Below, piece after piece: positions 58,825 to 64,000 of a stretch of 64,000 bases of DNA. Under the pieces are notes generated by a model. That model made no database searches. It was given only the letters and a program-made list of their open reading frames with translations, and was not told where the DNA came from. The position numbers and the translations under genes are program-made. How positions within the stretch are numbered: position 1 is the stretch's first letter; each line of letters begins with the position of its first letter. Origin of the DNA: Alphaproteobacteria bacterium. GTDB lineage: Bacteria > Pseudomonadota > Alphaproteobacteria > JAAXGF01. Location of the stretch: the NCBI GenBank assembly GCA_963555825.3, contig CAUVXB020000002.1, forward strand, positions 2,208,001 through 2,272,000. The letters are read 5' to 3'.

Positions 58825-60412
58825 ATGACACAGGAAAGCGCTTTCAAATCCTGGCTCGAGCAAGGTGGGGCTCAGACCGTCGCCGGGCGGAACACCCGTG
58901 CTTCAGCCATCCGGACGATCGAACGGAAACTGGAAGAGCTTGGAATGCCGCTCCGGGATGTGGACGGAGCTTGGGAAGCGGACCGTTTCGAGTCGCTGCG
59001 CGAACGGCTACGCCGGATGCGGGAAGATGCCCGCGATGGGGGACAGGACTACCGGATTCTGATGCCGGACTCCGAGAACCCCCACAAGCGCCTTTCCAGC
59101 TGGCGCAGCTGGCTGGGGCAATATGGCCGGTTCCTCGCCGGCTAGCCTCCGGGATCAGCCAAAGATGCCGACCGCATCCGGCAATATGTCCTCGAACACT
59201 ATATCAAGCCTGCCCGGGAGGAACGTCGCGGACAGGCAGAAGTTCTCGTGCGCGACGTGAACGAGGCGCTCGGTCTGAACGAGGCATGGCCGAACATCTG
59301 TCAGGCTCTTGCCGGGCACAAGTTCCAGGAGCTCGCACAGATTCCACCGCCCGAGCGGATCGGCGCCGATCAAAGCTCGGCCACAGTGTTTCGGTTCGAT
59401 CTGAGCAATCATCGCGTCGACAGGACGGCTCTCGACCAGTTGCGCGATCGGTTCGTCGCTGCTTGTCCTGATTTCAGGAGCTTCGTCGATCCCGGAACAG
59501 GATGGGCCAGGGACGAGAAGGCCTACAAGGTGGCGGCTTCCGAACGGGTGCGGGCCGCGCTTGAAGAAGGTGGAGACGACGAGGCCCTTGGAAAGGCCGT
59601 CTTCGAGGTACTCAAGACTGCAGCAAGGGACGGCCCCTTCGTACGATGGCAGACCGAGGACTCGATCGCCAAGCAGTCTCCCCAGCTGCTCGGTGAGTTC
59701 CATGCAGTCATCGGGCGACTGATCCGGTACGGCCAAGCCGCGGAAGAAGTCCTTTCGCAAGCGTTCGATACGCTCGACGCCCTGAAGGAGCGAGGCGCCG
59801 CATCGCTGACCTATGGCGAGCGACTCAACATCCTGTTTTCTGCGCTATCCATGGTGCGCCCCAGCGAGGCAGGTCCCCTCAAGATCACGCGGTTCAACGA
59901 GGCCTGGGACAAGCTCACGGGAGAGAAGCTCTTCGTCGAAGCCACGGCCAACATGGCATCGGATTATCGCCGCTTCGCGGCCGTCTTCTCCGAGCTCTTC
60001 GAAATCATGCGGGACGACTGGCAGTGGCAGCCACAGGACTGGCTGGACATACAGGGATTCCTCTGGATCGCCCTCGACAAGACCGCCAGCGCACCGCCTG
60101 AGACAGACGCTTCGCCCGACACCAGCGAAAGCCGAGAGAGGCCCAATGCCGATTTCCCCCATGAACCTCATCCTTTACGGACCGCCCGGCACAGGTAAGA
60201 CGTTTTCCACTGCCGCGGAGGCCGTCAGGCTTTGTGGTGAGCCTGTGCCCAAGGATGCGAGCCCCTGATGCAGGCCTATCAACAGCTCCTCGCGGCGGGA
60301 CGTATCGAGTTCGTCACCTTTCACCAGTCGTTGTCCTACGAGGATTTCGTGGAAGGCCGACAGCCGATGACCGGGTCGGACGAAGACGACGACTCCTCCT
60401 CCGCTGGCTTCC
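58825..60412 (+). pseudogene. McrB-like AAA+ GTPase (type IV restriction), degraded
   Basis: In-frame TAG at 59143, frameshifts near 60140 and 60260, [29 protein letters not shown]; truncated by IS3. Confidence 0.8.
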
Positions 60413-61429
60413 TGGACCCTGCTGACGAAAGTGGAGACGTCCTGCGATAGGATTTTGATCGCAGGAGGTGCAAATGTCGAAGCAGAATGGGAACAAGGGC
60501 CGGCGGTTTGATCGGGCCTTCAAGGAAGAAGCCGTCCGTCTTTTACAGACGAGCGGGCGCAGGCAGCGGCAGATAGCAGGAGATCTTGGGATCAGCGTCA
60601 GCGCGCTCGGCCGCTGGGTCACAGAATTGCGTGAGGAGGATTTGCTTTCCGGTCCGCATGAGGATGCAGCGAAGGAGATTACCCGCCGACGCCGAGAGCG
60701 TGATCTGGCCCGTCAGGAACGTGATCTGCTAAAAAAAGCGCTGGCCTTCTTCGCCAGGGAAAGTCGATGAGGTTCCGGTTCATCGACGCGGAGAGGGCCG
60801 GGTTGGCGATGCCGATATTCCGCCTGTGCAGACTGCTGCAGGTCAGCGTCTCAGGCTTCTACGCTTGGCGCAATCGCGGCCCAAGCCAGCGACAGCTCGA
60901 TGACATGGTTCTACTCGCCCATGTCCGGGCAGCCTTTCGGCGCAGCCGCGAGAGCTACGGTGCAGAGCGGGTCCATCACGAGCTTGCCGAGAATGGGATC
61001 GAGGTTGGACGCCATAGGGTGGCTCGGCTGATGCGGGGAAATGGGTTGTCTCCAAAACGGAAACAGAAGTTCAAAAAGACGACGGACAGCCAGCACAACA
61101 AGGCCGTCGCATCGAACCTTCTCGACCAGAACTTCTCCGCCGAGGCACCCAACGAGAAATGGGCTGCCGACATCAGCTATATCTGGACGGCACAGGGCTG
61201 GCGGTACCTGGCCGTCATGCTCGACCTCTACTCCCGGCGCGTCATCGGCTGGGCCGTGGGCGCTCGCATGACCAGCGACCTGCCGCTCAGGGCGCTTAAC
61301 CGTGCTATCGGGCTGCGCCAACCTGGCGCCGGTGTGATCCACCATAGCGATAGTGAGTATCTGCGGGCCGGTTCCCTCGGAGTGACCTGACCCGCACAGC
61401 GATAGACGCATCTAGACTGATAGGGCCGG

Positions 61430-61590
61430 CCGCCCTTGGGTGGCTTGACCCACACTCAGATCGACCGAGATGTCATTCCCCGGACATGTCGGCCACCCGG
61501 GGGCAACCGGTTGAGGTTCCGACCTCGACCGACATCGTGACCTGATGAGAGCCCGGCCTTGGGCGCCCCGTCACTGTCGTGTCCGACATC
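61430..61590 (+). ncRNA. Predicted IS110 bridge RNA (target- and donor-binding loops)
   Basis: Stem GCCCTTGGGTGGC/GCCACCCGGGGGC enclosing CACTCAGAT and TTCCCCGGA; second stem-loop with ATGAGAGC matching the right end. Confidence 0.65.
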
Positions 61591-61640
61591 GGCTGAGTTC
61601 GGAGCCAACCCCTCCACCCATCATAGACCAGGGGGCGGAC

Positions 61641-62696
61641 ATGGCGACTGCAACAGCCGACAACATCCAGATCATCGGTGGCGTCGACACCCACCAGGAC
61701 CTGCACACCGCCGCCGTCGTGAGCCACGACGGAACGGTGCTTGGTACCGAATCGTTCTCCACCACCCGAGCCGGCTACCGGGCGATGCTTCGCTGGTTCC
61801 GCTCTCATGGCGAGCTGCTTCGTGTAGGAGTGGAATCCACCGGTACCTACGGAGCCGGCATCACCCGGCACCTGGCACTCTCGGGTATCCCCGTGCTCGA
61901 GGTGACCGGGCCGGACCCAGCCAGCCGAAGAGCCAAGGGCAAGGACGACGCCCTGGATGCGATCTCCGCGGCCGAGGCGGCGCGCACAAGACGCCGGGTC
62001 CAGGTGGCCAAAGACCGTTCCGGCACCGTGGAAGCCCTGCGGGTGCTGCGAACAACGCGAAAGACGGCAATCAAGTGCCGCCGCGCGGCCCTGCAGCAAC
62101 TCCACAACACCATCGTTGCCGCACCGGAGGAAGTGCGTGACCAGGTCCGCAACCTCACCCGCATGCAGCGCCTGCGTACCTGTGCGGCCTGGAGGCCGGA
62201 CACGGTCGGCTATCGAGACCCGGTGGTCGCGACCAAGCTCTCCCTGAAGTCCCTCGCCCGCAGAATCCTCGACATCAACGACGAGATCGCTGAACTCGAC
62301 CGGTTCATCGTCCCCTTGGTCGAGGAGCTCGCCCCCAGTCTGCTTGAGCTCGAAGGCGTGGGCACCGAGAACGCAGGCGCAGTAATGGTCGCCGTTGGGG
62401 ATAACCCGGATCGGCTCCGCTCCGAGGCGAGCTTCGCCATGATGTGCGGCGTCTGCCCGATCCCCGCATCGAGTGGGAAGACGCAACGCCACCGTCTCAA
62501 CCGCGGAGGCAACCGCCAAGCCAACTCCGCCCTGCACATGGTCGTCGTGTGCCGAATGCGAACCGACGAGCGGACCCGAGCCTATGTCGCTCGCAGGACC
62601 CTGGAGGGGCTGTCCAAACGCGAGATCATGCGCTGCCTGAAGCGTTACGTGGCCCGCGAGATCTACCGCGTACTCACCGCCCCATCGAGTGCTTGA
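61641..62696 (+). CDS. IS110 family DEDD recombinase/transposase
   Basis: GGVDTH, VGVESTG, KDDALDA, PIPASSG, HRLNRGGNRQAN. Confidence 0.95.
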   Translation: MATATADNIQIIGGVDTHQDLHTAAVVSHDGTVLGTESFSTTRAGYRAMLRWFRSHGELLRVGVESTGTYGAGITRHLALSGIPVLEVTGPDPASRRAKGKDDALDAISAAEAARTRRRVQVAKDRSGTVEALRVLRTTRKTAIKCRRAALQQLHNTIVAAPEEVRDQVRNLTRMQRLRTCAAWRPDTVGYRDPVVATKLSLKSLARRILDINDEIAELDRFIVPLVEELAPSLLELEGVGTENAGAVMVAVGDNPDRLRSEASFAMMCGVCPIPASSGKTQRHRLNRGGNRQANSALHMVVVCRMRTDERTRAYVARRTLEGLSKREIMRCLKRYVAREIYRVLTAPSSA

Positions 62697-63029
62697 CAAA
62701 CATGAGAGCGTCCGGGGAAGCCAGTACTGCTCAGACGCATACCAGGCGCGCCTCGGTGAACTCGGTTTCCTCGCCTCAATGAGCGGTAAGGGAAATTGCT
62801 ATGATAACGCCGTCGTCGAGACCTTCTTCAAAACCATCAAGTCAGAACTGATCTGGAGGACTGTGTTCATGTCAAGAAGCCAAGCTGAAACTGCCATAGA
62901 CGGATACATCGATGGGTTCTATAATCCAGTCCGTCGGCACTCGACGCTGGACTTCACAAGCCCCGTCAAATTCGAGGCAGAAGCAATGCAAACGGTGTAG
63001 GGCGCCTCCACTTTTCCTGGATGGGTCCA

Positions 63030-63851
63030 GTTTATGAGTTTCTGGAAGCGGAAGGCTTCAAGTACGCCATCCGGCTTCCGGCCAACAAGGTGCTGCACGA
63101 CAGCATCGCGCACCTGCTCAAGCGCTCCGTCGGTCGGCCGCCGAAGGAAGTTCGTCGGTATTACGCGAACTTCAGCTATCGGGCCGGTAGCTGGACGGAG
63201 CCCCGCCGGGTCGTCGCCAAGGTGGAGTGGCACTCAGGGGAACTGTATCCCCGCGTCGGCTTCATCGTCACCAACCTGAGCCGTCCTGCCGAGCGGGTTG
63301 TTGCGTTCTACAATCAGCGCGGCACTGCCGAGCAATGGATCAAGGAAGGCAAGAACGCCATCAAGTGGACGCGGCTGTCATGCCGTTCGTTACGCAACAA
63401 TGCCGTCCGGCTCCAGCTGCATGCACTCGCCTATAACCTCGGCAACTTCATGCGTACCCTGGCGTTGCCCGATGCCGTGGAGCAATGGTCGCTGACGACG
63501 CTGAGGGAGAAGCTGGTCAAGATCGGTGCGAAAGTTGTCAGCCATGGCCGGTACGTCACATTTCAATTGGCCGAGGTTGCAGTCACCAGAAGCTTGTTCC
63601 AGAAAATCTTGAGCCTGATTGATGATCTACGACGAAGACCCGCTCCGGCGTAGGCCGAGGGAATCGACGGCAAGGAGATTGCGACACGAGAGGTGTGTCT
63701 GGATGGCAAGAGAAACGACCAAATGGCCTTCCACGCGCTGGCCGATTACCAAAATCATGTCATCGGATGGCTGCAATGGGAACAGAGTTCCCTTGGAGAT
63801 GGGGCCGTGGTACGATTTCCGCGAATTTGGATGTCATCTGGGGAATGTCGG
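63030..63851 (+). mobile_element. IS1380-family element, 5'-truncated (transposase remnant to 63653)
   Basis: YAIRLPAN, RRVVAKVEWH, YNQRGTAEQWIKEGK, AYNLGNFMR; right end ATCTGGGGAATGTCGG. Confidence 0.88.
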
Positions 63852-63994
63852 TCAAGATCGCCGGCACGCTGGTGCATGAATTGATCCACGCTTGCGGGAG
63901 ATTCAATCACGGCGCCGAGTTTGCCGCGGACCGCCTGCCCGCGTGGGCTCGGCGGATCATGGTCAAGCTAGGCCTGCCCTGTACCCACAAGTGA
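63852..63994 (+). pseudogene. SprT-like HExxH metalloprotease fragment
   Basis: IAGTLVHELIHACGRFNHGAEF directly after the IS1380 end. Confidence 0.5.
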
Positions 63995-64000
63995 CGCTGG

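Larger units (their letters stand above)
61352..62712 (+). mobile_element. IS110-family element
   Basis: Interrupts the HSD|RGSQY codons; no TIRs; ~290-bp left non-coding end; right end TTGACAAACATGAGAGCGTC; boundaries +/-1 nt. Confidence 0.9.
60413..63029 (+). mobile_element. IS3-family element interrupted by IS110 (orfA 60474-60770; orfB 60767-61351 and 62713-63000)
   Basis: TG...CA TIRs TGGACCCTGCTGACGAAAGTGGAGACG / CGCCTCCACTTTTCCTGGATGGGTCCA; A7G at 60731; WAADISY, HHSD|RGSQY, DNAVVETFF. Confidence 0.92.

Noticed and set aside
59143-59145. In-frame TAG in mcrB as recoding (pyrrolysine or readthrough)
   Set aside because: The same gene has frameshifts and an IS truncation, and TAG is a normal stop elsewhere in the window
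61432-61440. CCCTTGG as a second right guide for an HSDQG codon variant
   Set aside because: It pairs with CCGGGGG as part of the closing stem, so it is better explained as structure

Overview
High-GC alphaproteobacterial chromosome segment (Rhodospirillales-like by gene content; inference). A conserved backbone (xth ... lolA, ftsK, amidase, UbiH/UbiL hydroxylase ... DUF971, Trm112, LON-N, thioredoxin co-chaperone, ProX/YbaK, tRNA-Gly-GCC) is broken up by many small accessory insertions. These include a putrescine gamma-glutamylation cluster split by a haloalkane-dehalogenase/IS30/IS5 insert, a DsyB-like methyltransferase, ArsM with an ArsP-like permease, and several MITE/REP families. Beyond tRNA-Gly lie an IS630, a peptide-type ABC importer and catabolic dehydrogenases. 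From about 57 kb there is a decaying defence/IS island: Fic, McrB pseudogene, IS3 interrupted by IS110, and an IS1380 remnant. Highlights are (1) an IS110 whose predicted bridge-RNA target loop spells the His-Ser-Asp-Arg-Gly codons of the IS3 transposase catalytic motif it has inserted into; (2) a four-copy ~130-170 bp structured repeat whose hairpin cores occur in both orientations; (3) orphan IS1380 right ends with promoter-like boxes in front of accessory genes; (4) a candidate unannotated ~115-nt sRNA. All calls are by eye from sequence and motif memory; no database searches were run.
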